Counted from the first letter of the stretch, positions 18,049-27,418 are shown. The stretch: DNA of 55,609 nucleotides from Gemmatimonadales bacterium (GCA_031402135.1 JANNSC010000095.1:1-55609); one strand, 5' to 3'. Made by a program: numbers and translations. The notes: generated by a model from the sequence alone, not told the origin.

Positions 18049-19175
18049 CAGCGCAATTTCAGGGTAGCAAAGGCGATCAGCGCGCAGAAAATGCCCAGGA
18101 TGTAAAAACGGATCACCACCGTCGGCTCGGCCCACCCCATCTTCTCAAAGTGATGGTGCAGCGGTGCCATGCGAAATACCCGATGGGCGTCGGCGTACTC
18201 TCGCCCGCGGGTGCGCCTGAACCATTTGTAGACGCCCATCTGCAGCATGACGGAGAGTTGTTCGGTGACGAACACCCCGCCGATGATCAGGAGCAGGAAC
18301 TCCGCCTTGAGCAGGATGCTGACCGTGCCGAGAGCACCACCGATGGCCAGGGCTCCGGTATCCCCCATGAACACCTGCGCCGGCGGTGCATTGAACCAGA
18401 GGAAACCGAGCGACGCGCCCATCAGCGCGGCGCAAAAGATGGTGAGCTCTCCGGCGCCGGGCAGGTAGTAGAACTGGAGATAGCTGGTGGCATCCACCCG
18501 CCCGAAGACATAGGCAAAGAAGGCGAACGCCGCCGCCGCGATGGTGGTGAGCCCGGCGGCGAGGCCGTCGAGTCCATCGGTCATGTTCACTGCATTACTG
18601 GCACCAGTAACCACCAGCGTGACGAACCCGACATAGAACAAGGGCAGAAACTGAATGATGGTGAATTTGAGAAATGGGACCGTCGTGGCACTGGCCGGGA
18701 TGATATTCGGTGCGACCACGGGGAAATAGAGCAGGTAGAGTCCGAGGGCCAGCCCGAAAATGCACTGCCCTGCCAGCTTCCACTTGGCCACCAGTCCGCG
18801 CGACTTTCCCTCGACGATCTTCAGGTAGTCATCGAGGAAGCCAATGGCTCCGGTCCACAGTGTCGCCAGCATTGCCACCACGACGAAACGATTGTTGAGT
18901 GGAGCCCAGAGCAGCGTGGGGATGATGGTCGCCAGCAGGATGATGATCCCGCCCATGGTTGGGGTGCCACGCTTGCCCTGGTGGCTGGCCAGCACTTCGG
19001 GGCGGACCACCTGGCCGATTTTCTTCTGACGGAGCCGCGCAATGATGCCGGGACCGACGACGAACGCGAGGATCAACGCGGTGAGCATGGCCCCCGCGGC
19101 CCGAAAACTGATGTAGTTGAAGAGGTTGAAAATCAGGTGGTCGCGCGCGAGGGGAGCCAGCAGGTGATACAGCAT
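18048..19175 (-). CDS. mraY: phospho-N-acetylmuramoyl-pentapeptide transferase MraY
   Basis: 375 aa polytopic protein. NAVNMTDGLDGLA and MGDTGALAIGGALG motifs. Confidence 0.95.
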   Translation of the reverse strand: MLYHLLAPLARDHLIFNLFNYISFRAAGAMLTALILAFVVGPGIIARLRQKKIGQVVRPEVLASHQGKRGTPTMGGIIILLATIIPTLLWAPLNNRFVVVAMLATLWTGAIGFLDDYLKIVEGKSRGLVAKWKLAGQCIFGLALGLYLLYFPVVAPNIIPASATTVPFLKFTIIQFLPLFYVGFVTLVVTGASNAVNMTDGLDGLAAGLTTIAAAAFAFFAYVFGRVDATSYLQFYYLPGAGELTIFCAALMGASLGFLWFNAPPAQVFMGDTGALAIGGALGTVSILLKAEFLLLIIGGVFVTEQLSVMLQMGVYKWFRRTRGREYADAHRVFRMAPLHHHFEKMGWAEPTVVIRFYILGIFCALIAFATLKLR

Positions 19176-19181
19176 CGCGCC

Positions 19182-20540
19182 TCAGGTCGTGGGGGACGAC
19201 GAGCGTGCCACAAGATCAGGGAGGAGTCGCTCCAATGCAACGCCCCGGCTGCCCTTCAGCACGATGAGTTCATCGCCCGAAATCCGGGCGGAGAGCTTGG
19301 GCGAGAGGAGGATCGCGTCGGAAGCGGTAACCAGGCGATTTCCCAGTGCCACCCGGTACGGTTCCAAGGCCGGCACAAATTCCCCGATCGCGCAAAGGAG
19401 ATCAGGACGAAGCGCCACCAGCAGGGACGCAACCTCGGCGTGCAGTGCCTCGGACTGGGCGCCCAGCTCGCGCATTGTTCCGGCCACAAAAACCAGGGGC
19501 CGGGTGCCCCGAAGTGACCGGGCCAGGTCAATTGCCGCCCGAAATGACGCCGGATTGGCGTTGTAGGCGTCGTTGACGATGGTGAGGCCCCCGTAATGGG
19601 AAATTTCTCCCCGGCCTCCAGGCAATGGCAGGTGTTCCAGGCTGCGGGCCATCTTTTCGGGATCGAGCCCCAGCGCCGTCCCGACCGCCCAGGCGAGCAT
19701 GGCATTGCCGGCCTGGTGCCGCCCCCGGGCGTCGAGCAGGAAGGTATGCTGCCCTATAGTGACCTTGGGGCGTCCATCGCGCGACAGCTCGACCTTGGAT
19801 GGCACCCGGTCGGCGTCGGTGAGACCGGCTGAAATAACCTTGCGCGCGTGTCGGCGGGCCAGGTCGGGCAGCAGTGGCGGCTCGGTACCGACGATTGCCA
19901 GCGCCACCCCCTCGATCAGCGACAACTTTTCGAGCAGGACCGCTTCCCCACTTCCGAATCCCTCCAGGTGCCCGGCCGCAACATTGGTAATGACCGCAAT
20001 GCTCGGAGCGATCACCTCCCGGTGCCGGGCGATTTCCCCTTTGAGATTGGCCCCGGCCTCGATGACCAGCGCCTCGGTATCGTCGGGCGCCTCGAGAATA
20101 GTCAGCGGGACTCCGACAAGGTTGTTGAGGTTGCTGCGGGTGGCCCAGGTGCGGTAACGAGTCCGCAGCGCGGCGGCGATCATTTCCTTGGTCGAGGTCT
20201 TCCCGTTGGTTCCGGTGATGGCAATGACCGGGCCGGTGATTGCCCTCCGCCGGGCATGGGCGAGTTCGCCGAGGGCATGTTGGGTGTCGACCACCCGGTA
20301 CAAGGTGAGCCCCGGCACATCGGGAGTCTCACTGCGCACCACCGCACCGATTGCACCGGCCCCGTGGGCGGCGGTGAGAAAAGTATGGGCGTCGAACCGC
20401 TCTCCGACCAAGGCGACAAACAAAGCGCCCGGCGCAATGGCCCGAGTGTCGGTCGAGATCCCGGAGTAGGTTTCGATTCCGGCGGGACCGGCCAAGCCAA
20501 GCGCCGCGCGGACCGAGCGGTCATTCCATTGCATGGCCAT
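19182..20540 (-). CDS. murF: UDP-N-acetylmuramoyl-tripeptide--D-alanyl-D-alanine ligase MurF
   Basis: ITGTNGKTSTKEM, Mur ligase domains, dcw position. Confidence 0.93.
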   Translation of the reverse strand: MAMQWNDRSVRAALGLAGPAGIETYSGISTDTRAIAPGALFVALVGERFDAHTFLTAAHGAGAIGAVVRSETPDVPGLTLYRVVDTQHALGELAHARRRAITGPVIAITGTNGKTSTKEMIAAALRTRYRTWATRSNLNNLVGVPLTILEAPDDTEALVIEAGANLKGEIARHREVIAPSIAVITNVAAGHLEGFGSGEAVLLEKLSLIEGVALAIVGTEPPLLPDLARRHARKVISAGLTDADRVPSKVELSRDGRPKVTIGQHTFLLDARGRHQAGNAMLAWAVGTALGLDPEKMARSLEHLPLPGGRGEISHYGGLTIVNDAYNANPASFRAAIDLARSLRGTRPLVFVAGTMRELGAQSEALHAEVASLLVALRPDLLCAIGEFVPALEPYRVALGNRLVTASDAILLSPKLSARISGDELIVLKGSRGVALERLLPDLVARSSSPTT

Positions 20541-21990
20541 CCCCGAGCAGGTCCTTGACGATCAATTTTTCGTCGAAGGGGCGCTGCTCTTTGCCAATGA
20601 CCTGATAGGTCTCGTGCCCCTTCCCGGCCAGCAAGACGGTGTCGCCGGGCCGGGCGGTGCCCAGCGCGGCGGCAATCGCTTCGCGCCGATCGGCAATCCG
20701 GAGGTGCGGTGTTCCCGCGGGCAGCCCGGTGATCACTTCGTCGAGGATGGCGTCGGGGTCTTCGGTGCGCGGGTTATCCGAGGTGACCACCGCAAAATCG
20801 GAACCGGTACCGGCGATCCTGGCCATGATCGGGCGCTTGCCGCGGTCCCGGTCACCGCCGCAGCCGAACAGCACGATCAGCCGTCCGGTGGTCACCGGGC
20901 GGAGGGCCGCAAGGGCCCGCTCCAGCGCGTCGGGGGTGTGGGCATAATCCCGGAGCACGACGAAGGGCGTTGTCGCCAGCCGCTCCATCCGACCCGGCAC
21001 CTGGGGCACCGCGCCAAGCCGCTCGGCCACCTCCGAAAGGGGCAGACCCATCCCGAGGACGACCGCCGCGGCCGCGAGGGCGTTGGCCACGTTGAAATCC
21101 CCTGGAAGCGGCAGCGACACCTCGGCGGTGCCAAAGCGACCTTCAATGCGAAACCGGCTCCCGGTCGCGCCCAGTACCGCGCCGGTGGCGCGCAGGTCAG
21201 CCTCGGGATGCATTCCGAATCGCACCGCACCGGCCCTTCTCGGCAGGTCGTTCCACGCCGGGTCGTCGGCGTTGGACGCGACCACGGCGTCCCGGGCCAG
21301 AAGCCCGAGGAGCTTGAGTTTGGCGGCGCGGTAATGCTCCATGGTGTGGTGGTAGTCGAGGTGATCCCGGGTCAGGTTGGTGAACACCGCGGCGTGAAAC
21401 ACCAGGCCATCGAGACGACCCTGATCGAGGCTGTGGGATGAGGTTTCCATGGCAACCCGACAAACCCCGCGATTTCGCAGCTCGGCAAAGGTGGCCTGTA
21501 GATCGACCGGCCCCGGTGTGGTGAGGGAACCGGCGGTCGAGGGAACCTGCTTTCCGTGGCCATCCAACGCGCCCAGAGTTCCGAGACTGCCGGCGTCGCC
21601 CTCCCGGTTGAGCAGGTAGTGGATCAGGCCGGTGGTGGTGGTCTTGCCGTTGGTGCCGGTAATGCCAACCAGCTGCATGGTTCGGCTGGGATCATCGTAC
21701 CAGACCCGGGCCAGTGCGATTGCCGCCTTTCGTGCGTCCGATACGATGATCTGCGGTGCGGTGGCTTCCAGCGGGGCTTCCACCACCACCGCCGCCGCGC
21801 CGCGAGCGATTGCGTCGGGAACGAAGCGATGGCCATCCGCCTGGCTGCCACGGACCGCCACGAAAAGGGTTCCCGGCGTGGTGAGCCGGCTGTCCACCGT
21901 GATGCCGGTAAATGTCGGAAGGCCGGCAGGGGCAAAACGGAGCAGACCGTCGCGCCGAAGTGCGGCAATCAGGGCGTCGGTTCCCGTCAC
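20521..21990 (-). CDS. murE: UDP-N-acetylmuramoyl-L-alanyl-D-glutamate--2,6-diaminopimelate ligase MurE
   Basis: ITGTNGKTTTT, and DNPRTEDP near the C-terminus (DAP-type DNPR motif). GTGA overlap with the ftsI stop. Confidence 0.93.
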   Translation of the reverse strand: MTGTDALIAALRRDGLLRFAPAGLPTFTGITVDSRLTTPGTLFVAVRGSQADGHRFVPDAIARGAAAVVVEAPLEATAPQIIVSDARKAAIALARVWYDDPSRTMQLVGITGTNGKTTTTGLIHYLLNREGDAGSLGTLGALDGHGKQVPSTAGSLTTPGPVDLQATFAELRNRGVCRVAMETSSHSLDQGRLDGLVFHAAVFTNLTRDHLDYHHTMEHYRAAKLKLLGLLARDAVVASNADDPAWNDLPRRAGAVRFGMHPEADLRATGAVLGATGSRFRIEGRFGTAEVSLPLPGDFNVANALAAAAVVLGMGLPLSEVAERLGAVPQVPGRMERLATTPFVVLRDYAHTPDALERALAALRPVTTGRLIVLFGCGGDRDRGKRPIMARIAGTGSDFAVVTSDNPRTEDPDAILDEVITGLPAGTPHLRIADRREAIAAALGTARPGDTVLLAGKGHETYQVIGKEQRPFDEKLIVKDLLGDGHAME

Positions 21991-23987
21991 GGGGTTCCCG
22001 GCCGAGCGGCGTAGATCACCACGGTGGTACCGGCGGGAAGCGAATCTCCGGCCGATGGGACACTGCGAATGACCCGTCCACCCCCCTCGACCCGGACCCG
22101 GAATCCCCGCTGGTGGAGGGCAAGGGTGGCCGGGCGGACCGGCTTTCCATTCACATTGGGAACCACCGCGTAGGAGGCGCGCGCCGGTGCCGGGGCCGGC
22201 ACCGGCAGCCGCACCGCGGCAATATGGGGCTGACCAACTTCGCTTTCGGTGCGGCGGGGCGGACGCGCGGGGGCGGCTCCCGCGGGGGCGGATTCGTCGG
22301 AATCCGCCAGCGCGCCCCGATCGATGACGCTCTTACGAGCGGAAAGCGCCTGGAGCAACATGTTCTTGAGCACCGGCGCGGCGACGGTTCCACCGAAATA
22401 TTCCGGGGTGCCCGGTTGGTCGATGGTAACCACAGCCACCAGCTGGGGATCCTTGGCGGGAAAAATTGCGGCAAAGGAGGCACGGTACTTTCCGGTGGCG
22501 TAGCTGCCGTTCTCGGCAATACGCGCTGTTCCGGTTTTTCCCAGCAATCGAAAGCGGAGCTGGGCCTGCCCCCCGGTACCGGAATCGCTGGCTGCCTCGG
22601 CCAGGAATTCGCGGACCGTGGCGGCCACCGCTTCGGTGATGACCCGACGGACCACTTCGGGGGCGTGCTGGTAGAGAATGCCGCCATCCACATTGCGAAT
22701 GGACCGGACCAGCGTTGGCGCCATGAGCACGCCATCATTGGCAAAGACCCCATAGGCGGCGGCCAATTGGACCGGGGTCACCACAAACCGATATCCGATG
22801 GCAATGCTCAACCCCTCCTGGCCATCCCTCCAGGTGTCGGGCCGCACCAGGGAAGTCGCTGCTTCGGAGGGAAACTCCGCCCCGGTCGGCGCGCCGAACC
22901 CAAAGGCGCGCAGCATGTCGTATTGCTCCTCCGGCTTGAGCCGCAACGCAAACTGGGCCACCCCGATGTTGCTGGACACCTGGATGGCACCGGCAAGCGT
23001 CAGCGGTTGATTGTGGACATGAGTGTCCTGGATGGTCCGGGAATAACGGCCGCTGGCCGAGATGTAGGTCCACTTTCCTCCGGCCGCGGAGACGGTTTCA
23101 GCTGGTTTGACCCGGTCGAAGGTCAGCAGCGCCGCCGCGGTGAACGGCTTGGCGGTCGAGCCGGGCTCGAATGGCACCGTGAATGCCGAGGCGGTGACGG
23201 TACCGGCTGCCGCGCTCCGCGAGGCCACCGCGAGGATTTCCCCGGTCTGGTGGTCGAGGAATACCACATCGCCACCCTCCGCCTTGGAATCTTTCAGCGC
23301 CTCGGTCAGCGCCTGCTCCGCGATTTCCTGGAGCTCCGCATCGATGGTGAGCACGACGTCATTTCCGGGAATCGGCGCCCGGATCAGCCGCTCGGGGGAC
23401 TCGAATTGGCGCCCGACACCATCACGCAGATTGGTGGTGAGGCCGGGCGTTCCCGCGAGGATTGAGTCCAGCGATCGCTCCAGTCCGGAGGTTCCCCGCC
23501 CGGAATCCCCTGCGACGGTCCCGATGATGGCTCCGGCCAGTCGGCCACTGGGATAGGCCCGGCTGTACACCGGGATCAGGTGCACCCCCTTGAGCTTGCG
23601 GATCCGGGCGATTTCGGGAGCGGTCCAGGGCCCGTTGAACCAGGCGTAGCGGGACGCACCGCTCTGGAAGATGCGGTGGAGGGTCGTGGCGGGGAGACGG
23701 AGGTCGCGAACCACGGCGCGTTTCAGCAGCGGGGTATCGCTGACCTCCCGGGTGGCAATCTGGACGTGATATTTCTCTTCCGAGATGACCAGCCGGGTGC
23801 CGTTGCGGTCGAGGATGGAGCCGCGCCGCGCGGGGAGCTCCAGTTGCACCAAGCGATATTTTTCCGCGGTGCGGGAGAACTCACTGCCCCGAACCAGTTG
23901 AAGCCACCCGGCTCGGCTGAGTACCAGCACCAGGCCGATGCCAAAGGCTACCTGCAGCGCCACAATCCGCGCGACCGGCTTGGCCAT
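21987..23987 (-). CDS. ftsI: division transpeptidase FtsI (class B PBP) with C-terminal PASTA domain
   Basis: N-terminal TM, then STAKPF (SxxK), SSN and KTGTA motifs. The last ~60 aa (VVPNVNGKPVRPATLALHQRGFRVRVEGGGRVIRSVPSAGDSLPAGTTVVIY) look like a PASTA domain. Confidence 0.92.
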   Translation of the reverse strand: MAKPVARIVALQVAFGIGLVLVLSRAGWLQLVRGSEFSRTAEKYRLVQLELPARRGSILDRNGTRLVISEEKYHVQIATREVSDTPLLKRAVVRDLRLPATTLHRIFQSGASRYAWFNGPWTAPEIARIRKLKGVHLIPVYSRAYPSGRLAGAIIGTVAGDSGRGTSGLERSLDSILAGTPGLTTNLRDGVGRQFESPERLIRAPIPGNDVVLTIDAELQEIAEQALTEALKDSKAEGGDVVFLDHQTGEILAVASRSAAAGTVTASAFTVPFEPGSTAKPFTAAALLTFDRVKPAETVSAAGGKWTYISASGRYSRTIQDTHVHNQPLTLAGAIQVSSNIGVAQFALRLKPEEQYDMLRAFGFGAPTGAEFPSEAATSLVRPDTWRDGQEGLSIAIGYRFVVTPVQLAAAYGVFANDGVLMAPTLVRSIRNVDGGILYQHAPEVVRRVITEAVAATVREFLAEAASDSGTGGQAQLRFRLLGKTGTARIAENGSYATGKYRASFAAIFPAKDPQLVAVVTIDQPGTPEYFGGTVAAPVLKNMLLQALSARKSVIDRGALADSDESAPAGAAPARPPRRTESEVGQPHIAAVRLPVPAPAPARASYAVVPNVNGKPVRPATLALHQRGFRVRVEGGGRVIRSVPSAGDSLPAGTTVVIYAARPGTP

Positions 23988-24289
23988 CAGTGGTCCGGGC
24001 GGAGGCCGGGTGAGAGGGAGTCAGCCTTCAAAATTCGGCTCTCGTGGTCGTCGGGTTGGTGAAACCCGGCGCGTTCCATCTGGGGGATCAGGACGGTGCG
24101 GCTGGTGGCCTCCTCGATCTGCCGATCGAGCCGGGCCTTTTCACCTTCGAGCGCCACCCGCTGATTTCTCAAACTGTCGAGGGATCGGGCAGTGAGGAGG
24201 GCGGCCCGCTGCCGAGAGACGACTGCGGCGGCAACACCCAGAAAGAGTACCAGCCAGAGCATCAGCCAGTGACGGCCCCTAGCCTTCAT
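23987..24289 (-). CDS. ftsL: cell division protein FtsL
   Basis: 100 aa from MKARGRHWLMLWLVLFLGVAAAVV (TM) plus the coiled coil LRNQRVALEGEKARLDRQIEEA. It lies between rsmH and ftsI. The track's 229-aa extension is rejected. Confidence 0.8.
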   Translation of the reverse strand: MKARGRHWLMLWLVLFLGVAAAVVSRQRAALLTARSLDSLRNQRVALEGEKARLDRQIEEATSRTVLIPQMERAGFHQPDDHESRILKADSLSPGLRPDH

Positions 24290-25184
24290 TGGCGATCCGG
24301 AAAATCCGGAGCCGGGCACTCCGGGCTCGAGGGTTTTCCAGGAGCTCCACCGGATCGGCCACCACGCCTCCGCGGGGGACCGCCGACCCAAGCGGCCGTC
24401 CCCGGCAGGTGCATACGGGTTGCTCCGGTGGGCAAATACAGCTTCGGCTCCACTCGTGGAATGCGTGCTTGACCAGCCGGTCCTCACCGGAATGATAACT
24501 GATTGCAGCCAAGGTTCCGCTGGGCAGGAGCAGGTCACGGAGCTCGGGAAGGGCCGCCACGAGCCCCTCGAGCTCGCTGTTGACGGCAATCCGGAAGGCC
24601 TGAAAGATGCGGGCGAAATCATCTGGCCCCGACCTCGGCCCCAGCACGGCACGGATGGCGTTGACCAGGTCGTCACTCAGCGCAAAGGGGGTCCGCTCCC
24701 GGCGGCGGACGATTTCTCCGGCAATGCGGTGGGCTCGAGGTTCATCAGCCCAATCGGTAAGCCAGGCCCGAAGGGTGTCTTTGTCTACGGTATTGAGCAA
24801 ATCGGCGGCGGTGGAACCGTCCGTGCCCATCCGCATGTCGAGCGGCGCACCTTCACGAAAGGTGAAGCCCCTGCCGGCCTCGTCAAACTGCCGGGATGAT
24901 ACGCCGAGATCGAGGAGGATGAAATCGGGGGCGAAATCCGCGATTTGGGCGAGGGCTTCGGGGCTGCCGAACGGCGCCTCCACGTAGCTGATGCCCGCTT
25001 CACCGAGACGTTCCCGGGCAATACGGACCGCGTGGGGGTCTCGATCGACGGCAAGAATCTCTGCCCCGGCGGCGCGCAACGCCTCGGCATGGCCGCCATC
25101 CCCCAAAGTTCCATCCACCACCCTCCGGGCGCCGCGGGCGGCGTCGAGGACGGCATTCATCAGCACCGGAACGTGGAAGGCCAA
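24279..25184 (-). CDS. rsmH: 16S rRNA (cytosine1402-N4)-methyltransferase RsmH (MraW)
   Basis: TTG start followed by AFHVPVLMNAVLDA (the conserved H-x-PVL N-terminus), then DGTLGDGGHAEAL and LLDLGVSS motifs. Confidence 0.93.
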   Translation of the reverse strand: MAFHVPVLMNAVLDAARGARRVVDGTLGDGGHAEALRAAGAEILAVDRDPHAVRIARERLGEAGISYVEAPFGSPEALAQIADFAPDFILLDLGVSSRQFDEAGRGFTFREGAPLDMRMGTDGSTAADLLNTVDKDTLRAWLTDWADEPRAHRIAGEIVRRRERTPFALSDDLVNAIRAVLGPRSGPDDFARIFQAFRIAVNSELEGLVAALPELRDLLLPSGTLAAISYHSGEDRLVKHAFHEWSRSCICPPEQPVCTCRGRPLGSAVPRGGVVADPVELLENPRARSARLRIFRIANEG

Positions 25185-25241
25185 GTTAGGAAACAGTGGC
25201 TAGAGACAGGACATCAGCGCGCGATCACTGGGGCCGAAAGA

Positions 25242-25273
25242 CTTCACCCCGCCGGTTTCGCGACGGGGTGAAG
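25242..25273 (-). terminator. putative intrinsic terminator downstream of tRNA-Asp, just upstream of the dcw operon
   Basis: 10-bp GC-rich stem CTTCACCCCG / CGGGGTGAAG with a 12-nt loop. On the minus strand it is followed by TCTTTCGG, which is only a weak T-tract. Confidence 0.4.
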
Positions 25274-25289
25274 CGGAACGCAACCTGAG

Positions 25290-25364
25290 CGGGGCTGACG
25301 GGGCTCGAACCCGCGACCTCCGCAGTGACAGTGCGGCACTCTAACCAAGCTGAGCTACAGCCCC
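25290..25364 (-). tRNA. tRNA-Asp (anticodon GTC)
   Basis: Reverse complement: GGGGCTGTAGCTCAGCTTGGTTAGAGTGCCGCACTGTCACTGCGGAGGTCGCGGGTTCGAGCCCCGTCAGCCCCG. It folds into a cloverleaf with a 7-bp acceptor stem, anticodon loop CT-GTC-AC and a TTCGAGC T-loop. CCA is not encoded. Confidence 0.93.
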
Positions 25365-25399
25365 TGTTGCGAAGCCCCGGAATCTATCGGGGCAGCCAC

Positions 25400-27187
25400 T
25401 CACTTGCAATACGCTTTTTGGAGTGATGCGTTGCGGGCACCGCCAAAGCCTTCCACTCCCTGCAACAGGCGGTCCACTGCGGCCTGGTTGATCGAGCGGC
25501 CCGCGGTGAGCGCCGGGCCGGCTTCGTCCAGGAGGGCCTTTACCTGTTTGGCCAAATCGCAGGACTTGGTCGCCTCGGCCTCTTTGTCCAGCGGAACGGC
25601 CTGAAAGAACGTGGCGTACCCGAGGACATAATTTGCAAAGGCAACCCGCTGGGGAACCCCGGCCGCCAGCCGGACGGCGGTACGAGCGATCTCAGCCGCG
25701 GTGGGGAAGTCCGATGCGGGCGGTTGCAACGCTCCCAGGCCAGCCACTGCCAGAATGCCCGACATGTTGGCCTTGTCGTCGGTGCTTCCCAGCCGCTCGA
25801 TGTAGGACGCCAGTTCCAGCGCTTCCTTGCCGCGTTTGGCGTCGGCCAGGGTCTTAGCCACGCGGAGGACCGGGGACACATCCGACGAGTCCACCGTCAT
25901 GAGCCGCTTGGTCACCGACACCGAGCTGTCAATCGGACCCGCGACACTGTACGCCTCGGCGAGCTGCCCCAGGAGAATGGCGCGGTTGGGATACTTGGCG
26001 ACGCCCATTCGGGCCCATTTGACGAACCGGGCGGTGTCGGGGATGATGACCACCGAGTCCTTGGTATTCCCGGCCGAGTCAATCTTGACCTTGATGGTGG
26101 ACTCGACGGATGGCCGGGAAGCGGCGTAGGTAATCTTGGAGTAGAACATGGTGTCCGCCTTGGTGGTATCGAGCGCGTAGACCTGTTCCAGCGCGTCGAT
26201 GGCACACTTCACTTTGGCGGGGGAATCCTGGCTCAGGCACGCACTGCTCTTGAGATCCCAGAGATCGGCGTTGGCCGGGTCGAGTACCAGCCCGGAATCG
26301 GCCACTTCCTCGGCGGCCTCGATGCGACCGTACCTCAGGAAGAGACGGTAGGCCTCCTTGCGCAGCACCTCGTTGGTGGGCGCCACCCGCAGCATTTCCT
26401 TGAAGGTTTCGACGGTTGCCGCACTGTCGCCCTTGGTCTGATACTGCACCCCGAGATCGCTCCACGCCTTGAGGGAGAGCCGGTCTCCAGCGGTAGTGGC
26501 CTTGAGGTGCGCGATGACGACATCCGCAGGGGCCTTCTCAGCGATGGCAATCTGGGCCAGGCAATAATGCGCCAGCCCGTTGCTCGGCTGCAGACGGAGC
26601 GCCTTGGCGGCGGATTCTGCAGCTTTGGCCGGCGCGGTGCCCCGGAGATTTTCGCACATCTTGGCGTCGGGAAGGGCGCGAAACGCGACCGCAATCGAGT
26701 CGCCAACTTTGCTACCGAAATCCTCGAAGGCCTGATTGGCCAACTGGGTGACGCTGAGCATCTGGCCAGCATCGTCGTTCATTCCGGCGAGCCGTACTTC
26801 AATGGTGAAGCGGTTCGCTTCGCCCCGGAGGATGGTGCCGGCCACCATGACCCTGGCTTGCAACGACGAGGCCAGTTGTCGGGCAACCAGGGGCGGAAGT
26901 ACCGCATCGACCGGGTAGGCATACTGTGACAACGCATCGTTCATTTGAGCGCGAAGAATGACCTTGTACCACTTGTCAGCGATCTTCTCGACCTTGTCGC
27001 GCAGTCCCGCCCCGATGCGTACCGAGGCAGCGGAATCCTGCGCCGAAAAGCTATGGGGATTGGCCACCAGCAGCCGGGGGAGGTTCTGGACCGGCAGGGC
27101 CGGCCGGCTGGAGCGCAACTGCGCCGCGACGGGCCCGCTGTGGCCTGCGACCATTGCACCGGCAAGAACGAGAGGAGTGAGGCGCAT
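25400..27187 (-). CDS. secreted TPR-like repeat protein (595 aa), unknown function
   Basis: Start at MRLTPLVLAGAMVAGHSGPVAAQ (signal-peptide-like; ATG 27185..27187). The longer track ORF runs through the tRNA-Val gene and is rejected. Helical repeat segments are present, e.g. AWSDLGVQYQTKGDSAATVETFKEMLRVAPTN. Codon usage looks more A/T-rich at third positions than in neighbouring genes. Confidence 0.7.
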   Translation of the reverse strand: MRLTPLVLAGAMVAGHSGPVAAQLRSSRPALPVQNLPRLLVANPHSFSAQDSAASVRIGAGLRDKVEKIADKWYKVILRAQMNDALSQYAYPVDAVLPPLVARQLASSLQARVMVAGTILRGEANRFTIEVRLAGMNDDAGQMLSVTQLANQAFEDFGSKVGDSIAVAFRALPDAKMCENLRGTAPAKAAESAAKALRLQPSNGLAHYCLAQIAIAEKAPADVVIAHLKATTAGDRLSLKAWSDLGVQYQTKGDSAATVETFKEMLRVAPTNEVLRKEAYRLFLRYGRIEAAEEVADSGLVLDPANADLWDLKSSACLSQDSPAKVKCAIDALEQVYALDTTKADTMFYSKITYAASRPSVESTIKVKIDSAGNTKDSVVIIPDTARFVKWARMGVAKYPNRAILLGQLAEAYSVAGPIDSSVSVTKRLMTVDSSDVSPVLRVAKTLADAKRGKEALELASYIERLGSTDDKANMSGILAVAGLGALQPPASDFPTAAEIARTAVRLAAGVPQRVAFANYVLGYATFFQAVPLDKEAEATKSCDLAKQVKALLDEAGPALTAGRSINQAAVDRLLQGVEGFGGARNASLQKAYCK

Positions 27188-27256
27188 TCCGAACAACCTC
27201 CCAACAAGGGCGCCCTTGCGGGCGAAGGTCTCCGCGTCCGGTCGGATCGCGGCAAG

Positions 27257-27330
27257 TGGGCGAAGAGGGATTCGAACCCCCGACATCCTGCGTGTAAGGC
27301 AGGCGCTCTGAACCGCTGAGCTATTCGCCC
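27257..27330 (-). tRNA. tRNA-Val (anticodon TAC)
   Basis: Reverse complement: GGGCGAATAGCTCAGCGGTTCAGAGCGCCTGCCTTACACGCAGGATGTCGGGGGTTCGAATCCCTCTTCGCCCA. Anticodon stem CCTGC/GCAGG, loop CT-TAC-AC. CCA is not encoded. Confidence 0.93.
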
Positions 27331-27418
27331 GGGCCAATGGCGCCGGGGCCCCGGGATGTGCCATGGGGGACGCACCACGCCACCCCCCCTGCACGTCGGG
27401 CCGTCGGCTGGCCGAACG

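Noticed and set aside
25185-25289. Search for mraZ or another small ORF upstream of rsmH
   Set aside because: The space is only 105 nt and is largely occupied by a stem-loop, so no ORF of useful length fits.
27343-27354. 12-bp perfect palindrome CCGGGGCCCCGG and nearby short GC hairpins, between tRNA-Val and the small membrane gene
   Set aside because: There is no loop and no T-tract, and such GC palindromes arise readily by chance in high-GC DNA. The evidence is insufficient for an operator or terminator call.
25400-27394. 664-aa version of the secreted TPR-like ORF
   Set aside because: The extension reads straight through the tRNA-Val gene (27257..27330). The internal ATG at 27187 gives a proper signal peptide.
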